A stretch of DNA of 64,000 nucleotides from Raillietiella orientalis (lineage: Eukaryota), in contig JAYWIR010000066.1 in assembly GCA_036172245.1 (NCBI GenBank), positions 310,001 through 374,000 of the forward strand, in the 5' to 3' direction. Made by a program: the position numbers and the translations under genes. The notes under the pieces are model-generated. The model saw only the letters and a program-made list of their open reading frames with translations, was not told the DNA's origin and searched no databases. Below are positions 12,450 through 24,606 of the stretch, piece after piece (the stretch's first letter is position 1; every line of letters starts with the position of its first letter).

Positions 12450-13800
12450 GGGCAGACCGCGTATGTTGGTGGTGCTCAAGAGTGGCAACGTGCTGTTTGC
12501 TGAGTGTGGTCTGGTCGCCGTGGAGTTTGGGAGGAAGCGGATCCATCTTGCCGTGCGTGAGACCGGAGACAACATGGGAACGGTGGCTGCGGCGTGGCGT
12601 GGAACTCTGGGAAGAAGAACCGGCTTCGCTTGGCTCCCTGTTTTACCGTGGAAACACCGGATGCGTGTGCGGATCGACCACCCGGGACTGGAGTCGGAAG
12701 TGGCAGCTCCGGCAGGATGTGACCGCTCTGGCACCGTGGAAAGAACACGGGACGACTTGCCCGCCTGCCCGCAGGGCACGAGAGATGAGGAAAAACCGAG
12801 ACAGTCCAGAATGAAGAGAATGAATCTCCGGGAATGCGCTCTCCAGGAAGAAGGAGGGTGGAAGCAACGGTTTTCGGGCGCTCAAGGAATGCGGAACGTG
12901 GACACGGGAGCGATTAGAGCGATCTTCCACAGGACACCCAGGGCGACCGTCTCGTGCTTCACTACGGAGGAATCCAGGAACAGCTCGAGGGCAAAAACAC
13001 TTGCATTCAGGACGAAACCCGCAACCGATCCTCGGACGGAAGATGAGTTGCGCAGATCGCGTGCGGGCGAGGGAAGCCCAACTCCACGTGGACACCGCGC
13101 CCCAGGACTGGACAGCGCTGAAGGCGGCGGCGACGGGCCTGAAGAGCAGTCGGGGTACTGTCCAAGTGAGCGGAACGCCCAGCAACCAATCCATAGTGGC
13201 CAGGGGCACCTCACACGGAAGCTCGGTGCAACGAATGGCGCGCGCTTCGTCTCGTATGATATCCTTTGACGCTTCTTCCTGTAGTCCATAGAGGCTGTGC
13301 CCGCCCATTGTGCCCTCCCCGCCGGTTGCATAGCCGTCGGATTCTTCGTGCCGGGGCCAGTCGGTTCCTCCTTGCGGCCCCGCCCGGGTCCATCGAGGAG
13401 CCGAATGGGGTGCTGGAAAGCGGTCAAGCAAGCGAGGAAGGCGCTTCCGTGGTTTTACCTCGATGAGCTCTTCTCCTTCGTCGCCTTGACTCTCAGAAAC
13501 GCGTCCGTCCTTCCACGACGAAAGTCCCAGGTCCCTTCCATCCGTCTGGGCCTCCTCGGAAGGCAGAGGCGAGTCCTCTCGTGTATTCATCGGCGCCGAC
13601 TGTCGGGCAGAGCTCTCTGACTTTGCTCCGCCCCGCCAGCCAGCTGGCGTCGCCTGCGTACGGTGGAAGGTGCCGGAGATCGCGATTCGCGAGAGGAAGA
13701 TGAGCGCGCGCACGCTGGCTCTTCGGGTCAAAGCACGAGTTCCCTTAGACACGATCTGGCCGGCGGCGTTCCGTCCGGAGGAAATCTCGTCTCCGGAGGA
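12450..13800 (-). mobile_element. LINE RT/thumb relic (I/Jockey/RTE-like)
   Basis: In the expected order: PYAGDA (YADD with one substitution, ~13650-13662), DLGLSSWK, ELIEVKPRKRLPRLLD, then LFRPV...SWGAVSTW...SAQLIFRPRIGCGF. Confidence 0.5.
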
Positions 13801-13854
13801 TGATGGGGAATTTCCTTTCGGGTTCTTCCGTTTTCGCTGCCCTCCTTCAAGCTT

Positions 13855-14400
13855 CTTTTTTTTTTTTGGTGCTCCAAGAACCTTTCGCCTCCTTAGGGAG
13901 GAGGTCACGAACTTCGACGCTGTCCATGCCACCCGAAGGTGCATGTGACTCTTCGAGTTATAGAGGGTAAACCCCAGAGGGACCACCCTATGACTGCAAA
14001 ATGGCTCTGGAGGAAGGAGCCCGTTCTTCCCTTACTCTTCGGAGGGAAGCCCGGAAGGGAACTCCGCTCCCTGTTTCTTCCTCTGAAGAGACGCCTCCAA
14101 ATTTCTCTAAATGATTTCTTCCCGAGAAGGAGCTGCACGCGTCATGGTACTCGATGGAGGGTCCCCTTCCGAGGGGGAGGGGACGGTTCATTTGCACAAC
14201 CGGAGGCGAACCCCGAAAGACTTCTTGATTCCCGGGAGGACCCGTAGGTTCTTGGAGACCTCCAATCCCCGTCGGTCAGCGTGGACATCTGGGGCTTGCA
14301 CCGGAAGCCCGTGGATCAACCAGCGTCATCCCGCGGGAGGAGGGGGGAACTCGAGATCCGAGACGTTCGGTGCCGCGCGCAGATACCGCAGCCACGCGGC
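13855..14400 (-). mobile_element. SINE-like family, copy 4
   Basis: Family body on the minus strand, ending in a poly(A) tail (T-run at ~13855-13867 on +). Confidence 0.7.
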
Positions 14401-14459
14401 CACCAGTGCGGATCTTTTCTGTTCTCTTTGTTTTTTTTTTTTTTGTTTCAGCTCCTTCA

Positions 14460-15939
14460 TCATCACCTTAGGTATTTGGCAGATTTTTGCACCCTCTGTT
14501 TGGTCCGGATCTTTCGTCGCTATGCCGACGGCTCCATCTTAGAATTTCGGCAGCGGGGGTTTCCGAATCGAATCCAGAGGATGGTGTCCACGTGCTGGCC
14601 AGCAGGAAGCCCTCTCTTGGAGGAAGGTGGACGCGAATTTGATCCGGCGGCATCCACGGCGGCATAAAAGTCAGCCTGGAGCAGCAGCAGCTCCGGTGCG
14701 GGATGCCGGGGAGGGATTTCTTTCGGAACCTCGGCAAAGAGGGAAGCTGGATCCATCCTTCCAAGAGCCTCGGCCGGAGGAGAGAGAGAGAGGGAGAGAG
14801 AGGGAGAAGCGAAGTCACACCGCTGCTGCTAGTGCGCAGGCTCACACGCGAGAGGGAGGGGGCGGAAGGAAAAATTCGCACGCGCGTATGGTGAGACAGC
14901 TCGCGAGAAGGGAAAAGGCCGAAGGTCGTATCGTCCAGGAGATCCCTGGACGATACTGCTTGCCCGCTGCTCCACGGAGGGAATCGAGACATGACCAAGG
15001 CTGACCAGGACGAACACCTGGATCTCCTGCCAGTCCGCGAACGGTAGTGCCTGGTTACAGGAAACCGTTCGCACATGGGTCAGGAACAAGGGAGCGAACC
15101 CGGAGTTGCTGCGGAGACTGCTGCACTCCCGTTACAGCAACCGTTCTCTGCAGGGCGTCATCGTGCAGCGCACCACACGTGCGTGGACTGAAAGGACGTG
15201 AGTGGACTCCCTAGCCACGGCTCTGCCCTACTGCTTGGTGAGCACCTGGGCAATAGTCAGCTGGCCAAATAGGAGGCCCGTTGTGAAATCTCGGGCCGGG
15301 AGAAGGAACTAGGTGATTGGACCACGGGTCAGCTTACGGACGTTGCGACCCCAAGTGCCCCACCCCCGAAGGGACTATTCGCGTTAGGAAGAGCTGCTGG
15401 GAATCCCGCTGGAAGACCTCGAGCTAGACCCCAGCACTGAAGAACAACCGGGACCTCCCCCTGAAGTGGCCGGAGTCGACACTTCTGCTGTTGCACTGGG
15501 GTCTCTCGTGCAACGCCCGCTGGTCCTACCGGCCCCAGGGGTCTGTGGACCCGAACTGTTGCAGGTACGGCGAACGGGGGAATCCCAGCACCTGCTCGTT
15601 GGCTGTTCCCCTCCGGTCCCTGTGGGTGCAGTATGCAGCGGCACAAACAAACCGCCCCAGAGACGTTTTTAAGCGCCTATTCGTGCGCGATGCCCTTTGG
15701 CCTGCCGCATCCCCGGCAGCTCTTTGCTGCTGCCTAAGCGAGATCGTGGCAGCCCGGAGCTGCACACAAGAAAGACGGAACGGTAGGGCCGCCATCTGCT
15801 TCGCCCTGGGCTTCCTAAGAACGGCAGCCAGATGGCCCCAGCCGGGGCATACTCGGATGGAACTTGCCGGTATCCTGGAAAGGATGCAGAGGACGAGCTC
15901 CAGAGGGATGTAATCCCTTCCCTAACCCTCCCTGTTTTG

Positions 15940-16013
<74 letters not shown>

Positions 16014-16160
16014 TCTCCCTCCGCTGCCGAGTCGAACCTCGCCGGCCTGCCTGCCGGCTACTCGGCAAGTTCCCCCCAAATTGTCGGACGTTGTGGGACC
16101 GATGGCCCTACACATATTTGTTTATTTTCGTAATGAACGCCCCGGCGCACCCGGGTGCTA
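14460..16160 (+). mobile_element. Degenerate L1/Tx1-like LINE, copy C (5'-truncated)
   Basis: LRYLA (KYLG-like). 15010-15090 closely matches 42890-42970. DPNCCRYGERG...RDVFKRLFVRD follows, then a T-rich 3' UTR with a (TG)n expansion and the terminal motif at 16136-16157. Confidence 0.75.
15945..16009. repeat. (TG)n microsatellite
   Basis: About 32 perfect TG units. Confidence 0.98.
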
Positions 16161-17973
16161 AGCGGAGGGAATCCAAGAAATGAAAGAAAGAAAGAAAAAA
16201 AAAACGGAACATCCGTCCGACTTGTCCGGGAAACGGGAGGATGCTTCCGGGCACACGAAGCGGACACCAGGAAAAATTCCCCCTGCGTTCCGCGCGCGCA
16301 ACTGCCCCCTCCCTCCTCCTTTGCCCTTGGAGATTCCTCGGCAACCGGTCGCACCCGCTTCCCGGTTACCGCGCGCTAGGAACGCACGCTGCCCACTCCT
16401 CGGGATGGACGAACGCCGGATGCCGAGGGTGCCCTCCGAAGCGCCGAGGGAGGTTCTTGTCCAGAAGATTCCGCGATTGCGGGATGCCGGCGGCGGCACC
16501 TTCTTTCGGCGTTGGCTGCTTCCGGAGGAGGGGGCGCGCGCTGCTTGCGGCTGGCACGAACGGACAGAGACGAGGCGCACCGCGCGACTCCTTTCGTTTC
16601 CCGGGGAAACGGGGATTTCCTTCCTGGCTTTTCCGATCCGTCGGAAGGCCGGTCGCGTCTCCTGGGGCTGCTCGCTCATTCATGAGCCCCAGAACGCGGG
16701 GGGGGGGGGAAGGGGCGGGGGATCACCCCGAACCTCAGGTGCGCCGGCACCGAGATGAAAAATCGCCCGTGACCGGGAAGCTCCTCGGAGAGAGCGAGCG
16801 GCGGTCCCCGGGAACTCCGGCCTGCAGGATCACCGCGAGCGCGACGCTGCCCTCCATTAGTTATTCAACAGCCTCCACGGGAAGCAGTGCTGCCAGCTAT
16901 CCCGCCGTGGCCGCTCGCTCGTGCCCTCGTGCGCCTCTCCGGCCCTGGCCGGAAACGACGTCGGCAACGGCGGCCGCCTCCGCACGGCGGGGGAGTGCCC
17001 CTCAGAACTTCGGAGCTGGAGCTTCGGACGCACGTCAGATTGCTCCGAGTGCGCCATCAGCGCCGTTTCCCCTCCTCGCGGAGCTCCGGCACTGGGCAGC
17101 AGCAGCATCCTCATCCTCCCCTCCCCCACCCTCCCTCCCATCATACCTCCTGGCCCCCAGATCGGAAGCAGCAGCCGACCCTTCCCTTTTCCCGTTCAAA
17201 GTTTTCGAGTTGCCAGAGATCCGCTGGTCCAGGCCGAGGGCTTCCACGGATCGAGTAGCCGTAGGTGGCAGAGAGGTCACGTTCGGTGATTGCTGCGCAT
17301 CCGTTTAGCAATACGCTGCTGCTGCTGCTGCTACTCCTCGTTTCCACGGAATCCACCTGGCATCCCTTTTCGAAGGAACGCCATCGCATCCGATGCAAAG
17401 GGACGCGAAGCATCACGCGATTCTCAGTCAGCAGAAGCGAGCTGCATCGATTATGAATCACCCTTGGTTACGGAGATCTTCGCCAGCTCTGTGCTGCCGT
17501 CGGCTGTTCGTCTCTGCTGCCTCCTTTTTCGGAGAGGGATGGAGGAAATCGCCGTACCCATCGGAGCCCGCGAGCTCACGTCCGTCAGAGCAACGAAGAG
17601 ACCGGGGGGTAGGGGTAGAAAGGGGGGGAATTCCCCGCATTCTGAAATTCGAGCCCTCCGAGCGGGGGGGGGGGGAGGGGAGGGGAACGGAATCTCCCGT
17701 CGGCCGCCGTGGCCCCGACTTCTTGCTGCGGCCCCGATGCCCTCGGCCGCCAGCGGGGGCCACGCGCAGTCGCCAGGGCGGATTTCCGTCTCGAAAGCGA
17801 AGGGCATCGTCCAGGAAACGCCGAGGGATTTCATGTTCCCGAGGAGTGTTGCGTGCGCCCGGGAGGAGGAGGAGGAGGAGGAGGAAGATGCCAGCATCCC
17901 TCCCCCCCCCCCCCTCCCCATCAGTACAGTTGCGGAGAGCGCGCTGCACTTGCTGCATCCAACGGACCCGACA

Positions 17974-18042
17974 GATTGGCTGGCAGCGTTGGCTTGGCAA
18001 CCGCGACGACAGCGGACCGGGCACGAGTTTTCGCAACCGAAC

Positions 18043-18074
<32 letters not shown>

Positions 18075-18150
18075 TGCACGCGCGCCCCCCCACCCCCGAG
18101 TTATTGCGACAGGGGGGAGAATCACGAACGGAGCATCATTAATGATGCAC
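17974..18150. promoter_or_regulatory. Duplicated cis-module, copy 1
   Basis: GATTGGC...GTTGGCTTGGCAAC.GCGACGAC.GCGGA..GGGCACGAG.TTTCGCAAC.GAA-(CA)n-...GCATCATTAATGATGC (perfect 16-bp palindrome at 18133-18148). Colinear with 20430-20585. Confidence 0.6.
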
Positions 18151-19084
18151 ATGATGATGAGGCATCTGAGCGCGCTCCCAAGGGCACGCTCGAGAGACCT
18201 GCAGCCCCGGGGCTTGTTTGGGCACCCGTGCAAGCTCGTGCGCTATTCTCACCTACCTGCTTCCTCCCCCCCCCCCCGCCCGCCCGCCCCCACGAACGGT
18301 AAGATAAATAAATAAAAAAGGCGTTTCCGCAGTCTGCGCGCGCGTCGGCCCGAGCGCGAGGCGCCACCGCCTCAGCGATCGCCAGGGTGCCGCTCGTTGG
18401 CGCGCCTCCCGGAAGTGCCCGGTCGCGACGTCGACGCCTCCGCCGATCGCGACGGAAACGAAGACGTTGTCGCGCGCGCGGCTGGGGAACGGGAAGGGGA
18501 GGACCCTCGACTGCGAAAGAGAAAGGGGAAGGGAGTGGGGGAGGAAGGAAAACGAAAACGAAGCGAAGCTGGAAGTGAATAAGATCGCGGGGGGGGGGGC
18601 GGCGGATCTGGCGATGACCCCGGGATGCTTCGCGGTTCCTCTTCCTCCTCGCGGCCTGCTCCCATTTCGCTTGCATCTTCGGGCAGGGCGCGGAAATCCC
18701 CGCTGCGATGTCGCGCTTCCGCGAGAGGACGCTGCTCGCACCTGGCGCCACGTGCGCCTCAGGGGGCGACCTGGAGGGATCGACTCTCCCTGCCACACAC
18801 ACGCGCACCCCCCCCCCCGTCCGGCGCGATTCCGGGATCCTTCCGGGAGAGCTGCAGGCAGGCGGCGAGGGTGGGGTGGGGGCTGGGGGGTGGGGTCCCG
18901 GAGCCCGGGCGAAAGGAAGTCGGAAGGGGTGAAAGCGAAACCCCCACTCACGGCACCTCCGAGGATGCCCCGCGCCCCTCCCAGCTGATTTCTGCGTGTC
19001 ATTACGTTGGCTGCGCGCTGCTGAGAGGTGACTTCGTTTCCGTCGGCAGCCCCCCCATCCACTTTGGAACTTCTGTTCGGCAGG

Positions 19085-19400
19085 AATGGTAATGAAGCGG
19101 GAAGACGTTCCCCGGGCCGCGGGCCCCAACTCCGATAAATACCATTATTACAAAAGAGCGAAATGATCACTTAATGACAGCTTGTAGACAGCAATTCATG
19201 ACGGAGCCCAAAGGGGGGATAGGGAATTACAGATTGCTGCGCCTCAAATGTGACGTGCATTTCGGCGCGGCGATTGTGTGAGCGGCGCGATGGGAGGCGT
19301 TCGCTTTACTCGCGCTTCAATCAATCCCCCGAAAGATTTTCGCTTCATCATCGCAGCATTTCGGTCCTCCGTCGGGAAGATCGCGCAGCGCGCTAATCAG
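19085..19400. promoter_or_regulatory. Putative enhancer (homeodomain/TALE-site cluster)
   Basis: An AT-richer, high-complexity island with several TAAT/ATTA cores, TGACAG (Meis/Hth-type), GATAAA, TCAATCA and TAATCA inside otherwise GC-rich low-complexity DNA. Confidence 0.45.
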
Positions 19401-20279
19401 ATCGGAGGAGAGAGAGAGACCGCGGCCAAATTGCACGTTCTCCGATGGCGGCGGCGGAATTCCTCCTTTCCTTCCCTTCACACTTTGCACCACGCACGCG
19501 GCTCCTTCTTTTCCCCCCTCCCCTCCCCTCTCACTGCCTTTCCCTTCTCCTTTTTACTTCCCCCCCCCCCCCGTCTCCCCCTCTTTCTCCGTCTCCCCCT
19601 CCCTGGAAGACCGTCGTGCAGCCCGCGCCGACGACGACTCCCCCTGCAGGGATGCGGAAAGGAACGCAGGCGGAAGCGCGCCGCGCCTTCCGCTCCACTC
19701 GGAAGCCGAAGGGGGTCGCCGCCCCATCGGCGTTGCTCCGGCAGCAGCGCCTCCCCCGCACCGGGGGACACGCAGGACCGCGCCGCCTTCCAACGGAAGC
19801 ACGTCGTCCTTCGTGCTGGGCGAGCAGGCGGCAGCCTTCCCCCCCCCCCCCCAGCTCGCGTTTGTTTCCGTGCTCGCACGCACGCGTGAGATCACCGTTC
19901 GCTCGCGCTCGCCTCCTGCGTCCTCCACCCCCCCCCCCCCCCACCCACCCCCTCGGGCGGCAGGAATCCGTCGGCGTCCGCGGACGGACCCCGTGGAAGA
20001 GAAAAGAAAAAAGCTGGGCGGGGGGGGGCGATGCCCTGGCAGATGCGCACTCTTCGAGCGAGCAGAAGACGGGACCCCCCGCGAGGGCGGCTTCCTTGCC
20101 CGCGCCATCCCCATCGCGTCTTCATCCCGCGCGCGAAGATGCGAAGTCTTCCGGATGCCCGACTGGGAAGAAGGCAGGCTCGGAAGCTGCGAAATCTCCG
20201 ACGCGCCTTGACGTCAAGCTGCTGGATCCTGGTAACCAAACTCATCTTATTTTTTCTTTAAAAAAAAAAAAAACACACA

Positions 20280-20310
<31 letters not shown>

Positions 20311-20429
20311 GCATTCCGAGCCGCGCACAAAAAGATTCTCCTTCCTTCCCTTTTCTTTTTTTCTTTTTTTTTAAAAAAAAAAAAAAAAAAAAAGAAAAAA
20401 AAAACGGAGCAGTTTCAACTCCGCGCCCG

Positions 20430-20585
20430 GATTGGCTGCCCCCGTTGGCTTGGCAACTGCGACGACGGCGGAGTGGGCACGAGCTTTCGCAACGGAAACA
20501 CACCAACACCACACACACACACACATTTCCCTGCCCCCCCTTCCCCAGGAGAGAAAATCATGACGGAGAATCATTAATGACGCCG
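20430..20585. promoter_or_regulatory. Duplicated cis-module, copy 2
   Basis: Same ordered motifs as 17974-18150: CCAAT (reverse), X-box-like GTTGGCTTGGCAAC at 20444-20457, (CA)n spacer, and the TCATTAATGA palindrome at 20571-20580. Confidence 0.6.
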
Positions 20586-20689
20586 AAAGACGTGAGTACA
20601 AAAGAAAGGAAAGGAAAGGAGCGCGCGAGAGGAGGAGAAGGGAAAAAAAAAGGAAAGGCAGAAAGAAAAAAGGAAAAACCTACACTCGC

Positions 20690-20860
20690 ATTCACTCGGC
20701 CAGTCATCTGACATGTCCACGGCAATCATCCCGTTGCCACGACGACTCGTCTTGCAAAATTAACGAGAGCCGAATCTCTTTGTTCGTCTCCGGTAATTGT
20801 TCCGCTCTCGAGACGGGACGACGAGCGCGCGCGTTTGCCCGCGGTCAATTACGGACTTTC
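20690..20860. promoter_or_regulatory. Putative enhancer block
   Basis: A complex island with TGACA, AATTAA, CTTTGTT (Sox-like), GTAATTG and CAATTA. Confidence 0.35.
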
Positions 20861-21489
20861 TCTCGCCCGCTCCCCCCTCCCGCACGCCTTTCCGGGCCTC
20901 GCCCTCGCGCGCACGGGGGCGAGGATGCTCCCTATCTCTCTCTCTCTCTCTCCCCCCCCCCCCCGCCGCCGCCGTTGCCGTTGCCGTCTCCCGGGGGGGG
21001 GGGGGGCAGCTTGCCGTGTGGGAGGCGGCCGCGAGCGGATGTCGTCGGCAGCTTCCGACCAGCCCCAGATTTATCCCTTCTTCCAGGGGGGACGGAGGGG
21101 GGCCCGGCTCCTGCCCGCTTCTCTCTCTGTCGCGCCGGGGGAGGGGAGGCAGAGCGCGCGCATGCTCGCTCTGCGTCCACCTCCTTCCTTCCTTCCTTCC
21201 TTCCTTCCTCCGCGCGCGCGCGCGCACGGCGGTGTTTCGCGGCGCTGATTGGACTCGGCGGACGTGCGCACGCGCGTCTCGAACGCTCGGTCGTCGTCGA
21301 GGGCTCCGATGACGTAACGCGACCCCGAGAGTGGCGCCGCGCGAGCCGAAACCCACCTCGCGCACGCGCGCGGCTCCCTTCCCCGTCTCCGCCGAGCGAC
21401 GGCGGGAGCGGCCCGTTGCCCTGCCCATCGGGGATGCTCACCATGCCGTGCTGTGAGGCCACCCCGTCCCGTCCCGTCCCGTCGCATTC

Positions 21490-21536
<47 letters not shown>

Positions 21537-22399
21537 TCGTTCTCCTCCTCCTCCTCCGCTTCCGGGTGCGCGCGCTCGCGCGCGCCGAGGCGCGTCCCTC
21601 CTTCACGCTGCGAAGGGGCGCGGGGCGTCCGCCCCGCCCGCTGTCGGCGCCGACCGGGGGTGTCACCACATCAAAAGCGGGGGTGTCCTCGTGCCCTCCC
21701 TCGTGGTCCAGCGCGCGTGCGCGCGAGAGACGGCGGCGGCGGCGGCGGCGCCCCGCGGGGGAAGCGTCGCACAGCTCCCCTTCCCCGTCTCGCCGTCCCC
21801 TCCAGCAGCGGGGGTCACCGATGAGGGCAGGGCGTTCCGGCAGACCCAGGGGACGCACGGACGCCGCCCCTCCCTCGCACGCTGGGAAGCCATGGGGGAG
21901 GAGGAGGGACCCGTGCCCGCCGGGTTGCCAGCAGACTCGCGCGCGTGCGAGGTGCGGTTCGTCTGCTGAGGAGGGTCGGGCGTCGGCGGGGAAAGGGAAA
22001 GGAAGGGGGTGAGGGGGGGAGGGGGGGGGAAGGGCATTGGTATGTGAGGAGGAGGGAGGCTGAAAGGGGCTCGAACTCCTGCGTCACCTCTGCTGGGACA
22101 CCGACTGGGACGGCGGCTGCGCGTGGCTCTACGCTTGCCGGGTCTTGCTGCGATTCCGCGCATGCGCGCGAAGCGAAGAGGGGGGGGGGGGGGGATGGAA
22201 AAAAAAAAAAAAAAAAAAAAAAAGGAGCGAGCGACGAGACACTGAGGGGGGGGGGGGGAGGGAAGAGGGGAGAGAGAGAGAAGCGCTGCTGCGTGCGTGC
22301 GTGCGTTTCCCCTCCCTCCCTCTCCCTTCCCCGCCGTTCCCTCTCCCGCGCTCCTCCTCCTCCTCCTCCTCCCGCCCCGCCGTCGCCGCGGAAACGCCT

Positions 22400-22510
22400 T
22401 TCCCGGATCGGAACGAGCCAATGGCTGCCGAGCGCGTCCGCGAGCACGTGTGCGATGATAGCGTTGATTAGCGCGCCAGTGAGACGGTTTCCATGACGGC
22501 AGGGGACGTA
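22400..22510 (+). promoter_or_regulatory. Putative Six3 proximal promoter
   Basis: A CCAAT box (~22418), an E-box CACGTG (~22445), a TGATTA homeodomain core and an RFX-like gtttccatgacggc cluster 250-350 bp upstream of the ATG, within CpG-rich sequence. Confidence 0.45.
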
Positions 22511-22629
22511 AGCCCCTCCCACCCTAGTTAGCCCGGATCGCTGGCAGATCGGCGTCCGTCCGGGCGAGGGCGCTGCCACCGATAGGGCGCGCCGCGCGGC
22601 AGTACGCCGGCAGGTCGCGTCGCGAGCGG

Positions 22630-22722
22630 ATGGTCCGCAGAGCGTTGCGGAGCAGCAGCAGCGCCCCGCATCAGAGAGACCACCACCACCACCACCACCA
22701 CCACCACCATCACCATCACCAC

Positions 22723-22753
<31 letters not shown>

Positions 22754-22767
22754 CGTCGCTGCCATGA
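22630..22767 (+). other. Upstream out-of-frame ORF (45 aa, [18 protein letters not shown]15-Q9-PSLP) whose TGA overlaps the Six3 ATG
   Basis: ATG at 22630 is followed by CAC/CAT x15 and then CAG x9. The stop TGA at 22765-22767 lies within gccATGATGA. Translation is unproven. Confidence 0.45.
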
Positions 22768-23482
22768 TGATTGCCCTCGGACTGGGAGGGCTGGCGGCGG
22801 CGTTCCCGCACTTCGGGCCCCTGCCACACCCCCACCTTCCACCCCAGCCACCGCCCCTGCCGCCGCCTCCACCGCAGCCGCCATCTTCCGTCTCCGCCCC
22901 CCCGCCGACGTTCGCGGCGCTGCCCACCCTCAGCTTCAGCGCCACGCAGGTGTCCGCCGTCTGCGAGACGCTCGAGGAGAGCGGTGACGTGGAACGGCTG
23001 GCGCGATTCCTGTGGTCCCTGCCCGTGGCGCACCCCAGCGCCGCCGAGCTCAACAAGTGCGAGGCCGTGCTCCGGGCGCGCGCGGTCGTCGGCTTCCACG
23101 GGGGAGACTTCCGGGAGCTGTACCGCATCCTGGAAGGGTTCCCCTTCAGCAAGGCCTCCCACGCCAAGCTCCAGGCCCTCTGGATGGAGGCCCACTACCG
23201 AGAGGCCGAGAAGCTCCGGGGCAGGCCCCTCGGCCCCGTGGACAAGTACCGCGTGCGCAAGAAGTTCCCCCTGCCCAGGACCATCTGGGATGGAGAACAG
23301 AAGACCCACTGCTTCAAAGAGAGGACGCGCAGCCTCCTGCGAGAGTGGTACCTTCAGGACCCCTACCCCAACCCCACGAAGAAGAGGGAGCTCGCCCACG
23401 CCACGGGACTCACCCCCACGCAGGTCGGCAACTGGTTCAAGAACCGCCGCCAGAGGGATCGAGCGGCGGCAGCGAAGAACAG
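22764..23482 (+). CDS. Six3/optix: Six3/6 (Optix) homeobox protein, exon 1: SIX domain plus homeodomain
   Basis: The translation contains the SIX domain ([34 protein letters not shown]...VLRARAVV...[32 protein letters not shown]). It then has the Six3/6-diagnostic QKTH and the homeodomain ([29 protein letters not shown]...[20 protein letters not shown]). The donor AG|GTACGC at 23482/23483 is at the usual Six3/6 position just after the homeodomain (phase 2). Start context is gccATG. Confidence 0.97.
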
Positions 23483-24414
23483 GTACGCAAGAGATCGCGC
23501 GACATCGGGGAAGGGGGCGGTGGGGGGGGGGGGTCCGCGGGGAACCCTCGCGCCGGGAGCGAGTCCGTCTCCCATTCCGGGTCGCCTCCTTCGCTACGGA
23601 GAGGCCAACCGGGAACGGAACCGGGCGGACGGAAGCCGCACGAGAGACCTCCAGGCGCACGCGCAGCCAACCGCTTCCTCCCCCTCCTTCCTTCCTCCTC
23701 CCTTTCTACCACCTCCTCCCTTCCCCCTCTTCTTCCCCCTACTGATCCCCGGGAAAACGGGAGCAGCCCCCCCGGTGGTGGTGCATCGGCGGAAGCCACA
23801 GACTGCGCTTCTTTTCGTCGTCCACGTACCGCCGACTGTCGCGCGCCCCTCCTGCGCAGCGACCGTCCGCACGGAAGACCCCCCTCACCGACCCGCCCTC
23901 TTCTCAAGGCTCCTCGTCCTGCTGCGGTCGTTCGCAGAGGCGCAGCTATGCCTCCGGGCGGCAGCCGCGCTCACTGCATCGCCTGCGGTAGCCGCAGCCT
24001 CCCTGCTGCGTCTGCTGCTGCTGCTGTTGCGACGGCGGCGGCTGTCGCCCGGCAGCACCCCAACCCCCCCACCCCTTGCTTCCGTCCCCCTCGTGCCAGG
24101 TGAGGGGAGCCCCTCCCAGGAGGGCTTCCCGTCGAACGTTCGAGCCACTCGGCTGGCCGGCCGGCGGCGCAGCGGGGTGTGTGCCGGGCCGGGCCGGGCC
24201 GGTCGGTCACTCCTGCCTTGTTTGGCGCGGAGGCTTCCACGAGCGCCGTGCGGGTGCCCTCGCCATGTCTCCGCGCCAACGGGCCCTCCGGATTTCCGAA
24301 AATGGGAGGGCGGGACGGTGCGCCGCGGCGCCAGCGTTTCTCTCCGGTCTCCCGGGGCAACTCTGGTGGGCAGGTCGGCGAGGAGTGTGTGGTGGACTCG
24401 CTGTCTTCCCGTAG

Positions 24415-24417
24415 GAT

Positions 24418-24452
<35 letters not shown>

Positions 24453-24559
24453 CGCAGTCCCGCTACTCCCCCGGCGTTTGCGTTGCCGTCTCCAGGCCGC
24501 AGCCCAAGGGTGCCTCCTCCCCTCCGCCCCCGCCCCTGTCCTCCTCCTCCGCCTCGCCG

Positions 24560-24606
<47 letters not shown>

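Noticed and set aside
15945..16009. (TG)n as the target site of a sequence-specific Tx1 element
   Set aside because: The repeat lies inside the element, upstream of its conserved terminus, and other copies lack it.
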